64,000 nt of DNA, taken from a virus. How positions within the stretch are numbered: position 1 is the stretch's first letter; each line of letters begins with the position of its first letter. Below are positions 32,645 to 42,885 of this stretch, piece by piece. The DNA lies in IMG/VR virus record IMGVR_UViG_3300042402_004372; one strand, 5' to 3'. Both the position numbers and the translations under genes were made by a program. The notes below the pieces were generated by a model that was not told where the DNA came from, did no database searches, and was given only the letters and a program-made list of their open reading frames with translations.

Positions 32645-34866
32645 CGATAAGCAATATACAGAAGGAAAAATTCTTAAGCACCTTATATAAGAGTCTTTAT
32701 GCTGGTGGAAACAAGCCTAACGAGCAGGAGATATTAGAGTTCTTTTCTAAGTACTTTTCCAAGTATGAGCCAGGGCAGCCACTAGATATAAATGCTCAAG
32801 TATTTAGACAGATGGCATTTGGTCAAGTTGAAATTTTTAATCAAAAAATGCTACATACTCTTTTTAATATAGAGGTTTTGTATGATTCTATATTTGAAAA
32901 TTCTGATGATTTAATGACTGTAGCAACAGCATTAAATAAAAGATTAAATAACTTAAAGTCTAAAAGAATGATGTTAGAAAATAGAGTGGATGACTTAATT
33001 TTCGCTAATCAAAATTCAGAAGGATACTATGCAGCATACTCAGACAACTTTGCCTCAACAAATGGATCTGATCTAAATTATACTTCAGCTTTTGTCGACA
33101 CAGTTAACGGTAAAGTTTCACTACCAACATTAAAGTCTTCGATTTTTGATTTACTCTCCACTAGTTCAATTGTAGCAAGCGCACCAACATATTCTCTGAG
33201 TTTTAATAAAACGCAAATAGATTTAAATAAGAAGTTTTCTGAAGATTCTTTTTTTGGATCTGTTTTTGATGGCTTAGAAAATACTGAATGGCAAAACATA
33301 TTTTATTTTGACACTATAGGTTTAGTTAGTTTTTCGATCAACTTGCCTATAGCTAGAAATGTAATCTTATCAAAGATAGAAGGAAGACTAAATACTATTT
33401 CCCCAACTGATATCTATGTAAAAGTAAACTACGCGGATGCCAATAAGGTGTCGGAGGTATTGAATAAAAAATCTACTAAAGATTATGATAGATTTTCCTT
33501 TAGCTTTGACCCGGGCAATGTTGGGTCAATAGATATATTTTTTGTTAAAACAGAACCAGACGTCATAGAAGATAATAGAGTTAGTAGATACGGGTATAGA
33601 TATGGTATTAGAGACATAGCTATCAGTGGACAATATTACGATAAGTCAGCGTTATTTGTATCTGCTCCAATATCATTAAATTCAAATGATAATAGCAACT
33701 TAGTAATAGATGCTGTATCGGTAGATGTTGGAGAAAATTCACAAGATGGTTCTGTTAATTACTTTGTAGCAGAAGATAACGAGTCCGCTCAATCAATATC
33801 TGATTTTTCCTGGATTCCAATTTCTCCAGAACAAAGTACTCAGAACTCTTTTTCTACAACAGTTAATTTTTCTGGCTCTTCTCTAAAATCAAAAAAGATA
33901 TTAAATGATGTAGAAAACTCTACAAACTCTTTGAAGAAAATACCATTAGTTTCAAAAAATACTTCCAAGAACTTAAATGAACAAAATCCAACAGTTGACC
34001 TATATCCAAATCAAACAATATATAGAATAGCAAAGCTTGATCAATTGGATAACCCAGTTAGTTCTTATCTATTAGATGGTATAAATTCAGTTTCTGGTAA
34101 TTATATAAATTATCAAAATAGTATTTATAATGAAAACGATTCCTTGGCTACTTGGGGAAATATTTTATCTGGAAAATCAAGTGTTAGGCAAATATTCTCT
34201 ATACCATCTTATGAAATATCTAATAATTCTATATTTTTTTCTGGTCCAAACTTAAAATCAATTAGCGTTTTATTGGAAACTAAAATATTCTGCGCTAATG
34301 ACATCACAATTAGACACTTGTTGGTTAAGAATGATAGCGTTTCCAAGAGCTGGGATGTTGCAGTCTACCTAAATGGAAGGCCATCAAGTGTTCCTTCTGG
34401 GGTAACTTCAGAGTTGATTGAATGGAACTTCAAAGCGGGAATTAATACAATTAAGGTAGCTATAGATATAAAGGATAGTGCAAACGGTTCAATTAGTTTA
34501 ATGGATTCTAAATCATTATTAGATTATGGTTTAGTTTATAGTCAATACTATGGCTATGTAGATCCAATAGAGTTTAAAGTCAATAGATCATCATACGACA
34601 AGGTATTTACTATTGAAAATTTTTTCGGCAATAAAGAAGTTCTATGTAGGGATAATATCAGTAATAATTCAAGACTGTTTTATTACTCAAACAACCCAAA
34701 CCCAGTAACTGCCTTAAGATTTAGGGCCGACATATCTAGGGGTAGAAACCCATTGTCCTCTCCAACTATTGATTATTTTAAATTAAAGTTTAAGAATTCG
34801 GAAAATTATTCCGATATATCAGCAAATGAATTATCCTATAATAATTCAACAACAAGTGAATATTAA
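32641..34866 (+). CDS. Putative structural protein
   Basis: 741-aa ORF, ATGA overlap, similar organisation to flanking genes. Confidence 0.5.
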   Translation: MTISNIQKEKFLSTLYKSLYAGGNKPNEQEILEFFSKYFSKYEPGQPLDINAQVFRQMAFGQVEIFNQKMLHTLFNIEVLYDSIFENSDDLMTVATALNKRLNNLKSKRMMLENRVDDLIFANQNSEGYYAAYSDNFASTNGSDLNYTSAFVDTVNGKVSLPTLKSSIFDLLSTSSIVASAPTYSLSFNKTQIDLNKKFSEDSFFGSVFDGLENTEWQNIFYFDTIGLVSFSINLPIARNVILSKIEGRLNTISPTDIYVKVNYADANKVSEVLNKKSTKDYDRFSFSFDPGNVGSIDIFFVKTEPDVIEDNRVSRYGYRYGIRDIAISGQYYDKSALFVSAPISLNSNDNSNLVIDAVSVDVGENSQDGSVNYFVAEDNESAQSISDFSWIPISPEQSTQNSFSTTVNFSGSSLKSKKILNDVENSTNSLKKIPLVSKNTSKNLNEQNPTVDLYPNQTIYRIAKLDQLDNPVSSYLLDGINSVSGNYINYQNSIYNENDSLATWGNILSGKSSVRQIFSIPSYEISNNSIFFSGPNLKSISVLLETKIFCANDITIRHLLVKNDSVSKSWDVAVYLNGRPSSVPSGVTSELIEWNFKAGINTIKVAIDIKDSANGSISLMDSKSLLDYGLVYSQYYGYVDPIEFKVNRSSYDKVFTIENFFGNKEVLCRDNISNNSRLFYYSNNPNPVTALRFRADISRGRNPLSSPTIDYFKLKFKNSENYSDISANELSYNNSTTSEY

Positions 34867-34869
34867 AGT

Positions 34870-34877
34870 TTACTATA
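34870..34877 (+). promoter_or_regulatory. TTACTATA candidate phage promoter motif
   Basis: Same motif in intergenic or gene-end positions at 36631, 61340 (GTACTATA), 62522 and 63342, each 20-35 nt before a start codon. Confidence 0.45.
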
Positions 34878-34896
34878 GCTAAAGTAGGAGATACAC

Positions 34897-35322
34897 ATGC
34901 CGATAAGTTACCTAGACCCAAATAGTAAAAAAATAATTAGAGAACCATTAGTCAAGAGGTTTAGATCATTCTATAGATCTCCAAGAAAGAGTGGTCAGGA
35001 AAATCTCTTTAATCAAAAAGTTTATATGGATATGAACAGACTGTATTTAGAATTAGAACTTCTTGATACAGCTATAATTGATAAAGTAAAGATTTTTCTA
35101 GGAGCGGAAAAAGATGAAACCCATGAAATCCGAACTATTTCAGATGAGATAACTGGTGAAGAATACTATGGTAGAGTCTATGACCTTTCTACTGATTCAA
35201 TTTCGATGTACGACTATAGTGCAAGTGATACAATAGATTACCTGGAAACTACTGATACAATTGGCGGAAGTTTGTCAAGATTATTTTATAAAATTAATAA
35301 ATTAGAAAAACAGACTGGATAA
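34897..35322 (+). CDS. Hypothetical (virion module) protein
   Basis: AGGAG RBS; 141 aa. Confidence 0.55.
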   Translation: MPISYLDPNSKKIIREPLVKRFRSFYRSPRKSGQENLFNQKVYMDMNRLYLELELLDTAIIDKVKIFLGAEKDETHEIRTISDEITGEEYYGRVYDLSTDSISMYDYSASDTIDYLETTDTIGGSLSRLFYKINKLEKQTG

Positions 35323-35331
35323 TTAATTAAA

Positions 35332-36600
35332 ATGTCAGATTACCTAAACACAGAAAATAAAACAATACAGTACAACGGTCCTGTAGATAGTGCTGACTTT
35401 AACATGAGGGCAGAACAGAACTATCAAGATTTAGTTCACCTCTATAATAGATCTGGTGTATTGGATCAGAAGTTGAGTCAGGCTTTTGAAAGAGTATTAA
35501 AAGATCATTTATTTATCTCTAGAGCTATAGCAGATCTAGAAGATAGGGTAAAGGCAATTGAATATAATACTGATTCACCTTATAAAAAACTCTCTATATA
35601 TAGCTATTCTCAAATAGATGTAGCTGGTTTTGTTAGTGACGCACAGTTTGCACTCTCAAGTTCTGAAGCACTTAGTTTTGATCATGTGTATAATCTAATA
35701 ACACTGCCAAAGGTTGATGGTTCTTCTTATTCTAAGCTTAAGTTTTTTAGCGGCTTAGGAGAACAAACAATTCCAGATTTTCTAGAAACAAAAATAAAGA
35801 ATGACTTTGTTAGTGTTGATACACCTGGTGCACTAGTGGATACTAGTCCAATGTTTCACGCACTTTTAGATAGGTCTGATAAATTCTGGAAACGAAATAT
35901 CATAGCCGACTCAGCTTTGGGATCGGGCGCCCAAATGTTTGCCTACTATAAGATCCCCAATGCCTATTCTGGATCCGATACATCAAACTACTTGTCCTTA
36001 TCTCCATATCCATTATTTGGGGTAGACATTCTTTCTATTGAATATACTACAAAGGTAGAGCCATCTCTTGAAGAATCAGATGGATGGACTCCTTTGAATT
36101 TTAATAGACTATATGATAGCGAATCTGATGCGATAGGTAGAGTTGCTCCAGGTGGATGGTCAATAGCCGGTTCTGACGTAGTTCTTAATGCTGGGCCGAT
36201 GGGATTCTATTTCCCTCCAATAAAGATTACTGCAATTAGAATAAATATGAGACAAAGAAATTATATTTTAGAGAATGGTAAATACGTATATACATATGGC
36301 TTATCTGATTTAGATGTAAGATCGCAAAGGTTCTTGGAAACTGGAAGAACAATAATCAAGTTCACCGCCCCAGAAGGAACATTGATCTATTCTGTAGACG
36401 AGGTCATACCAAAGATGTATAATGTCCCTGAGGAGTTAATATCTACGGCTTTCAGCTATAGGGTAATCTATAAGGATAGCGGAGTTTATACACTTGATGA
36501 GGTTTCCGGTTCGTCTTCAGTCTGGATAGAAGTAACCCTAAATCAGCTTGGGGATGGAACAGCTCCAGTCCTATCTGATCTAATAGTTAATTATAGCTAA
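35332..36600 (+). CDS. Putative structural protein
   Basis: 422-aa ORF ending TAPVLSDLIVNYS, a C-terminal pattern shared with neighbouring structural genes. Confidence 0.5.
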   Translation: MSDYLNTENKTIQYNGPVDSADFNMRAEQNYQDLVHLYNRSGVLDQKLSQAFERVLKDHLFISRAIADLEDRVKAIEYNTDSPYKKLSIYSYSQIDVAGFVSDAQFALSSSEALSFDHVYNLITLPKVDGSSYSKLKFFSGLGEQTIPDFLETKIKNDFVSVDTPGALVDTSPMFHALLDRSDKFWKRNIIADSALGSGAQMFAYYKIPNAYSGSDTSNYLSLSPYPLFGVDILSIEYTTKVEPSLEESDGWTPLNFNRLYDSESDAIGRVAPGGWSIAGSDVVLNAGPMGFYFPPIKITAIRINMRQRNYILENGKYVYTYGLSDLDVRSQRFLETGRTIIKFTAPEGTLIYSVDEVIPKMYNVPEELISTAFSYRVIYKDSGVYTLDEVSGSSSVWIEVTLNQLGDGTAPVLSDLIVNYS

Positions 36601-36630
36601 TTTTAATAGTTAATAAGTGGCTATTTGATT

Positions 36631-36638
36631 TTACTATA
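36631..36638 (+). promoter_or_regulatory. TTACTATA candidate phage promoter motif
   Basis: Intergenic, upstream of AAGGAG RBS and ATG 36672. Confidence 0.45.
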
Positions 36639-36671
36639 AATACCACAATATTCTTTTAAGGAGACTATACA

Positions 36672-37262
36672 ATGGCAACTTACTACGTTGGCCCAAGGCC
36701 AGTACTCAAGGGTCGTTCAACCGCTGACATGGTGAACCCTTTTAAGGGTACAGCTGGAACCTACTCTTTCTATCCCCTCTTTGCACCAGGTCTTTTAACT
36801 GGAGCTCCAGATAATAATCATGTTCCTGGAACTGGTTATCATCCAGGCAATGTCTTGCTATCGCAGTTGTTTACTGGTTCTACGCTGTATGTAGGGACCA
36901 CTCCATTAGCTGGAGAATTTGCAGATGGAACTACAACATTTGGTGGAATGAGATTCCGTCCAAGTGAATACAAGGGTCTTACAACAGCTAAGGCGCTAGA
37001 TGGCGGTCATGCAAAGCGCACAACCGACTATAGTCTCTACAGTAACTACATCTTTGACGGTGTGACCTCAGCAGAAGCATTTGCTAACCTAGGTCACGCA
37101 GAGCGCACAACAGCTTACAGCCTCTATAACAACTACATCTTCGACGGTGTAGCATCAGCAGAAGTAATGCCAGCTGGTTATGGACAAGCTAATACTGCTA
37201 GTGAATACGGTCGCAATAAAGTTGGTGAGTACAAAGGTGTACCATCAGCAGTCGCCCTTTAA
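36672..37262 (+). CDS. Gly/Ala-rich protein with an internal 29-aa-period duplication, probably virion-associated
   Basis: GHA(K/E)RTT(D/A)YSLY(S/N)NYIFDGV(T/A)SAE occurs twice; strong RBS. Confidence 0.55.
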   Translation: MATYYVGPRPVLKGRSTADMVNPFKGTAGTYSFYPLFAPGLLTGAPDNNHVPGTGYHPGNVLLSQLFTGSTLYVGTTPLAGEFADGTTTFGGMRFRPSEYKGLTTAKALDGGHAKRTTDYSLYSNYIFDGVTSAEAFANLGHAERTTAYSLYNNYIFDGVASAEVMPAGYGQANTASEYGRNKVGEYKGVPSAVAL

Positions 37263-37277
37263 CAATAGGAGAAAACA

Positions 37278-37481
37278 ATGCCAGATCAAAAATTAATTAA
37301 AGATGTACTTGAAAGAGCTCTTTGGACTGCAGCACAAACATTCATTGCTGTTTATACAGTTGGTGGAGTTGACCAAGCTAAAGCAGCAGCGACAGCTGCA
37401 GCAGCAGCAGGGCTTAGCGTTATCAAGGGATTCGCAGCAACAAAAATTGGAGACAAAGAGTCTGCTGCAACTTTGAAATAA
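37278..37481 (+). CDS. Putative holin (actinophage r1t-like)
   Basis: 67 aa; ERALWTAAQTFIA..AAAAGLSVIKG; two hydrophobic segments. Confidence 0.65.
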   Translation: MPDQKLIKDVLERALWTAAQTFIAVYTVGGVDQAKAAATAAAAAGLSVIKGFAATKIGDKESAATLK

Positions 37482-37560
37482 TTAGTTAAACACAACATAA
37501 GAAAATCCTAGCTGATATACTTGTCAGTACGGAAACCGACGCATCTACTTAGCGTAAGAT

Positions 37561-37597
37561 AGTTATCCCGCCCCAATCAGGGCGGGATAACTGTTTT
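37561..37597 (+). terminator. Rho-independent terminator
   Basis: Perfect 13-bp stem AGTTATCCCGCCC/GGGCGGGATAACT, 6-nt loop, followed by GTTTT. Confidence 0.75.
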
Positions 37598-37653
37598 AAA
37601 GGGTCTCTTATATAAGTTTTTGTAGTTTTGTCTAGAGTTAATGAGGATTATAA

Positions 37654-38358
37654 ATGTTTTTAGATCAGTTAAATACGGTAATCAGAGACAAAGCCCTTCC
37701 ATTAGATGTTGCTGAAAAGTATCTCAACCTATATATAGGTGAAGCGGATTGGAAAACACACATTTCAAAACTATGGATGAATCTTGAAAACAAGAATAAG
37801 AATTCTGACATAAGCAAAGAAGATATAAAGAGGGCAATATCTTGCACGATGTTATTGCCAACAATGGAGAAAACAAATATCCCTGATCCAGTTCACCTCA
37901 TTTTATTTTGGTGCCCTACCTGGAATCAGTACAAGGAAAGAGATTGGTTTTCTTTATTTTTAGATATAGTTAAGAAAGATTTGTATATACAAACCAATCA
38001 AAAGGAGTTACTATCGATTGGCATCATAGATCCAATTGATTATTCTCCATTAACTAGACAAAGCTTTAATTGGTTATATACTCAGGCGGAACAAAACGGT
38101 GATTTAAATGACAAGAATAAAGATATCATAACTAAGAAAATGCAAAACCTAGTTAGAATATATGGTGGTGCAGTTATATCAAATGTATTTCAAAATCACA
38201 AGAATGTAATAGACAAAGTTTTTAACTGGAGAAGTGGATATTTTTTCGAAAGAGAAATATATAACGTGTATAATTATGACCAGATAAAAAAGATCAAGAA
38301 AACAGAAATAGAAAAATTAAACCCTAAGTACGTAAAAACTTTAGCATTAGCAAAATAA
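37654..38358 (+). CDS. Hypothetical protein
   Basis: GAGG RBS; 234 aa. Confidence 0.6.
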   Translation: MFLDQLNTVIRDKALPLDVAEKYLNLYIGEADWKTHISKLWMNLENKNKNSDISKEDIKRAISCTMLLPTMEKTNIPDPVHLILFWCPTWNQYKERDWFSLFLDIVKKDLYIQTNQKELLSIGIIDPIDYSPLTRQSFNWLYTQAEQNGDLNDKNKDIITKKMQNLVRIYGGAVISNVFQNHKNVIDKVFNWRSGYFFEREIYNVYNYDQIKKIKKTEIEKLNPKYVKTLALAK

Positions 38359-38367
38359 GGAGATAGT

Positions 38368-40467
38368 ATGTCAGAAGAAATCGAAAACGGAAACCCAGAT
38401 CTAACACCGATTGCTACTAAGCAATCTTCTATGTTTTTATTCAGGTTAACTGATGATTTCATAGAATCATATAGGTCTAAGTCCGCACCATTTGGATACA
38501 GGGATGCAGCTGGGAACTCCGTTGGAGAGATAACTTTTCTTCGAACTTACTCTAGATTAAAAGAAGATGGAACAAAAGAGACATGGTCTGACGTATGTGA
38601 AAGAGTTATCAACGGAATGTACTCCTTGCAGAAAGATCACTGCAAAAAGAATCGCCTACCATGGAACGATGCTAGAGCACAAGCTAGTGCTAAAGAAGCC
38701 TTTGATAGATTATTTAATCTTAAGTGGACTCCTCCTGGTCGTGGTCTTTGGGCTATGGGAACAAACATTGTAAATATACAAAAGAATTCCGCTGCATTAC
38801 AGAACTGCGCGTTTGTTTCTACTGGTGAAATGAATAAGTTTAACCCAGCAAAACCGTTTGCATTTCTTATGGAAGCATCAATGCTCGGTGTTGGTGTGGG
38901 TTTTGACGACAAAGGTGCAGATAAAGATTTTATTATCTATGAACCAAAAGAATCAACAACGTACATAATACCTGATACTAGAGAGGGTTGGGTTGAGTCT
39001 ATGGCATTGCTACTTAACTCATACCTCAAAGAGAATCAGCCTACGTATAACTTTGATTATTCTTTAATTCGCCCAAACGGTACTCCAATTAAAACATTTG
39101 GTGGTGTAGCTGCTGGTCATGAGCCGTTAGAGAGGCTTCATGATCATATAAGAAAAATGTTTACTGGACGCAAAGGTGACAAGTTAACACGCATAGACAT
39201 AGCAGACATTGGAAATGTTATTGGAGTATGTGTAGTATCCGGAAACGTTCGTCGTTCAGCTGAGTTGTTAATTGGCCGTTTAGATGATCAAGATTTCTTA
39301 AACTTAAAAAATTCAGAACGCTTTCCTGAACGCAACTCATATGATTCATCTGCTCCAGGTTGGGGTTGGATGTCTAACAACTCTGTAGAAACAGTAGTTG
39401 GCGCAGACTTATCTTCTATAGTAGAAGGCATCTCTCTCAACGGAGAGCCTGGTGTTCTTTGGATGGACATGTCCCGTAAGTATGGACGTCTAGCTGATCC
39501 ACCAAACAACAAGGATCACAGAGTTGCAGGCTATAACCCATGCGCTGAGCAGTCACTGGAATCATATGAGTGTTGCACCTTGGTGGAGACATATCTCAAT
39601 CGTCACGACAGCCTAGAGGACTATAAGCGTACTCTAAAGTTTGCATACCTCTATGCCAAGACTGTTACGCTCCTTCCTACTCACTGGGAAGAGACTAACG
39701 CAATCATGCAACGCAATCGTCGCATAGGCGCATCAATGTCTGGTGTTGCAAACTTTGCTGATCGCGTTGGAGTTCCGGCACTTCGTGAATGGATGGATCA
39801 GGGATATAAGACTATTCAGCGATATGACAATGTTTATTCTGAGTGGTTGGGTATTCGTGAATCGATTAAGATGACGACTGTCAAGCCTTCTGGAACCGTA
39901 TCTATTCTTGCTGGTGAATCACCTGGCGTACACTGGACACCAGGTGGCAAATACTTTAATAGAACTATCAGATTCTCCAACGAGGATCCGATGCTACCAC
40001 TATTTAGAATGGCCAACTATAGAGTCGAGCCAGCTTCTGAATCACCAAATACAACTTCTGTTGTGTATTTCCCAATTAAATCCGATGCTGAAAGAGCTGA
40101 AAAAGATGTTACAATCTTTGAAAAAATGTCTTTAGCCGCAACCGCACAACGCTATTGGTCAGACAACTCTGTATCTGTAACAATATCTTTCAATAAAGAT
40201 ACTGAGGCAGAACATGTCGGAACTGTATTACATATGTACGATGGACAGCTTAAGACAGTATCCTTTTTGCCAAGCGGCAACGATACGTATCCACAAATGC
40301 CATATACTCAAATAACAGAAGAAGAATATACGGAAGCTTCGACATCGTTGTTCCCTATAGATTTGACTGGAGTGTATGCCGGTATGGCTGCTGATGCAAT
40401 TGGTGAACGTTACTGCACAACTGATTCTTGTGAAATTAAATTTATCAAGGACAACATAAAAGTATAG
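38368..40467 (+). CDS. nrdJ: Class II (adenosylcobalamin-dependent, monomeric-type) ribonucleotide reductase
   Basis: TFLRTYSR, PPGRGLW, LQNC, GNVRRSAE, NPCAEQ (thiyl Cys), TTVKPSGT, C-terminal CTTDSC. Confidence 0.92.
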   Translation: MSEEIENGNPDLTPIATKQSSMFLFRLTDDFIESYRSKSAPFGYRDAAGNSVGEITFLRTYSRLKEDGTKETWSDVCERVINGMYSLQKDHCKKNRLPWNDARAQASAKEAFDRLFNLKWTPPGRGLWAMGTNIVNIQKNSAALQNCAFVSTGEMNKFNPAKPFAFLMEASMLGVGVGFDDKGADKDFIIYEPKESTTYIIPDTREGWVESMALLLNSYLKENQPTYNFDYSLIRPNGTPIKTFGGVAAGHEPLERLHDHIRKMFTGRKGDKLTRIDIADIGNVIGVCVVSGNVRRSAELLIGRLDDQDFLNLKNSERFPERNSYDSSAPGWGWMSNNSVETVVGADLSSIVEGISLNGEPGVLWMDMSRKYGRLADPPNNKDHRVAGYNPCAEQSLESYECCTLVETYLNRHDSLEDYKRTLKFAYLYAKTVTLLPTHWEETNAIMQRNRRIGASMSGVANFADRVGVPALREWMDQGYKTIQRYDNVYSEWLGIRESIKMTTVKPSGTVSILAGESPGVHWTPGGKYFNRTIRFSNEDPMLPLFRMANYRVEPASESPNTTSVVYFPIKSDAERAEKDVTIFEKMSLAATAQRYWSDNSVSVTISFNKDTEAEHVGTVLHMYDGQLKTVSFLPSGNDTYPQMPYTQITEEEYTEASTSLFPIDLTGVYAGMAADAIGERYCTTDSCEIKFIKDNIKV

Positions 40468-40478
40468 GTTGGTCTACT

Positions 40479-40838
40479 GTGTCAGATGACAAAAATTTTG
40501 ATAAGATATTTTCAGAAATAACTTCTCCACAAAATATAGGCTCTATGCCGGGCATAGTTGGTGCTCTCTCGTTAAATAACGCAAGAGATTATTCTTTGTT
40601 TTTGTCTGAATTAATTACAGCTATACAGGAAATAAATTTAATTATAGTTAATCTTACTGAAGACTCTGATGAGCCATTTGAAATACCACTTGAAGTAGTA
40701 CAAATCTTAGAAATGCTATATGCAAAGACGAAAGATTTCAACAACTATATGGTAAACTTGGATCAAGATGATATAGGATACTATATCTACATAGACGAAG
40801 AAGAAGATTATGACGATGAATCAGAAGACGGAAAATGA
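40479..40838 (+). CDS. Acidic hypothetical protein
   Basis: 119 aa with a D/E-rich tail. Confidence 0.5.
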   Translation: MSDDKNFDKIFSEITSPQNIGSMPGIVGALSLNNARDYSLFLSELITAIQEINLIIVNLTEDSDEPFEIPLEVVQILEMLYAKTKDFNNYMVNLDQDDIGYYIYIDEEEDYDDESEDGK

Positions 40839-41541
40839 AGATTACGATAATAACGCAATACCTGTTTTAGATAAGGGTTATGTTAGATTAGTTGATGTTA
40901 TGGGTAGTGACCTATCCGTAGTCAACGCCGCAAGAGCATCTTTTGCCAAAGAATCAAATGAGCTTTCTGTACAAGACGCAAGACTAATAGATTTTTTAGC
41001 AAGAGAAAATCATATGTCACCGTTCCGTCACGCATTTCTAACATTTGAATTTAAAGCTCCACTTATGGTTGCTAGGCAACATTGGAAATATGTAGTTGGA
41101 TCAGATCATACAATGGATTCCTGGAATGAATCTTCGAGAAGATACATAACTATGGATCCAGAATTCTATATACCTGGACCAGAACAATGGAGACTTGCTG
41201 CAGAGAATAAAAAACAAGGTTCTTCTGGGTTAGCTGGTCCATGGACTGGTTCTATATTAAATACGGAACTAAAACAATTGGTTGATAAGTGTGAATCTAT
41301 CTATAACATGGCGCTTGAGCAAGGCATTGCTCCAGAGCAAGCTAGATTATTCCTGCCAGCATATGGCATGTACGTTATATATAGATGGTCATGCAGTCTT
41401 CAGTCCGTTGCCTTATTCCTAAATCAAAGATTAGGGGAAGAATCTCAAGTGGAGATTCAAGAGTATGCAAAAGCTGTATTCAATCTAACAAAAGAAAAGT
41501 TTCCAGTATCAATAGATAGACTGGTTTCGATACATGTATAA
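40810..41541 (+). CDS. thyX: FAD-dependent thymidylate synthase
   Basis: VNAARASF, HMSPF, ARQ..WNESSRRY, APEQARLFLP, QVEIQEYA. Confidence 0.92.
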   Translation: MTMNQKTENEDYDNNAIPVLDKGYVRLVDVMGSDLSVVNAARASFAKESNELSVQDARLIDFLARENHMSPFRHAFLTFEFKAPLMVARQHWKYVVGSDHTMDSWNESSRRYITMDPEFYIPGPEQWRLAAENKKQGSSGLAGPWTGSILNTELKQLVDKCESIYNMALEQGIAPEQARLFLPAYGMYVIYRWSCSLQSVALFLNQRLGEESQVEIQEYAKAVFNLTKEKFPVSIDRLVSIHV

Positions 41542-41704
41542 AAACATGCTATTGTTTATAGTATTTTCTTTTTTGATTAACTGGACTATAAGTTTGCAGA
41601 TGTTAAATCAATCTTCTAAACAGAAAAGTATTAAATTTACAGCAATCGCACTGGCTTTGACTACGGGAACCATTGCAGGGTTTATAATTTCTCTTATATT
41701 ATGA
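41534..41704 (+). CDS. Small membrane protein (56 aa)
   Basis: MYKNMLLFIVFSFLINW..AIALALTTGTIAGFIISLIL; fills the gap and overlaps both neighbours; not in the ORF track. Confidence 0.55.
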   Translation: MYKNMLLFIVFSFLINWTISLQMLNQSSKQKSIKFTAIALALTTGTIAGFIISLIL

Positions 41705-42165
41705 CTGTAATATCTAAAAAAGATAGACAGTTCATGAAGATGTGTATCGATAGCTCAAAAACATTTTCTACTTGTGGTAAAAAACAATACGCAGCTATGC
41801 TGGTAGATGAATATAATCACATAGTTGGGTTTGGTTATAACGGTGGACCAAGAGGTTTCCTACACTGTAATGAAGGTGGCTGTAGACGCTTTCTTGAAAA
41901 CTCAAAAAGTGGATCAGCTTACGACAATTGTATAGCAATCCATGCAGAAGCAAACGCTTTACTCCATTCTGACTATAGTTCAAGGCCAAAAAAAATATAT
42001 GTAAATGGTCCTCCTTGTTTTAGTTGCGCTAAGTTGATAGCCAACAGCACCTTAGATACTGTATACTATCTGTATGATTCTGACTATAAGAATTGGGAAG
42101 ATGTAGAATCTTTTTTATTAAAAGCAAATGTACAGACTATAAGGATAGATAATGGCAGCCTCTAA
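41701..42165 (+). CDS. dCMP deaminase
   Basis: GYNG, HAEANAL and PCFSC zinc motifs. Confidence 0.88.
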   Translation: MTVISKKDRQFMKMCIDSSKTFSTCGKKQYAAMLVDEYNHIVGFGYNGGPRGFLHCNEGGCRRFLENSKSGSAYDNCIAIHAEANALLHSDYSSRPKKIYVNGPPCFSCAKLIANSTLDTVYYLYDSDYKNWEDVESFLLKANVQTIRIDNGSL

Positions 42166-42394
42166 ATTAAATTATATTGTAGTATACAAAAACCACAGTC
42201 AGGTCTATGGTTGTTCTTCAAAAAAAATAGCTGTAGAATCACCTCCACCGGAGGGTTACACAAATGATGATAAGAGAATACTTTTTGCAACATTTGAACC
42301 AGACACAAGTTCTTTGTGTGTTTACCCTGTATCATTAGACGATATAGAAATTGAAGAAGTAAAAGTTAAGAAAGCTAAAAAGAAAAATGACTAA
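42152..42394 (+). CDS. Hypothetical protein
   Basis: Overlapping operon gene, 80 aa. Confidence 0.5.
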   Translation: MAASKLNYIVVYKNHSQVYGCSSKKIAVESPPPEGYTNDDKRILFATFEPDTSSLCVYPVSLDDIEIEEVKVKKAKKKND

Positions 42395-42629
42395 GAAAAA
42401 AGTAGAAAAAAAGAAAGTAAATATCAAACTTGAATCTGGGCAAACATATTTAATTACTTCTATAGATGAGATGTTGCAAATAGCAAATTCTTTGATACAC
42501 TTAGCCTCTTCAATCAAGGATGAAAAAGACAAATTGTCTGTACTTAATTTAAGTGAAGAAGCAATAAAGGCAATGACCGAAAACAAATTTATAGGAGGAT
42601 CTTCAGATGAAGATGAAGATTGGAATTAG
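42387..42629 (+). CDS. Hypothetical protein
   Basis: Overlapping operon gene, 80 aa. Confidence 0.5.
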   Translation: MTKKKVEKKKVNIKLESGQTYLITSIDEMLQIANSLIHLASSIKDEKDKLSVLNLSEEAIKAMTENKFIGGSSDEDEDWN

Positions 42630-42885
42630 TATTATAGTGGTGGCAGCATGTTCTTATTTGGTATATAATCAAAAAAGAAAAGTTAAATTTGATTACTTTA
42701 ATAATGTTTCAGAAGAATACTTCAAGGAATACGCAAAGGAATATAATCCACAAAGTAGTTTCATAGAATTCTTTGATAAGGAAAACATAAAAGAAGCCTT
42801 TAGTAGATATGATAAATATTTAGATCTTGGCTTGAATAAAGAAGACGCATTTAAGTCTGTAGTAGAAGATAAGAGAAATAAATGA
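42607..42885 (+). CDS. Hypothetical membrane-anchored protein
   Basis: GGAGG RBS; N-terminal hydrophobic segment. Confidence 0.5.
   Translation: MKMKIGISIIVVAACSYLVYNQKRKVKFDYFNNVSEEYFKEYAKEYNPQSSFIEFFDKENIKEAFSRYDKYLDLGLNKEDAFKSVVEDKRNK

Noticed and set aside
37511-37560. Hammerhead ribozyme or tRNA
   Set aside because: CTGATA..GAAA deviates from the CUGANGA core, and there is no cloverleaf or T-loop
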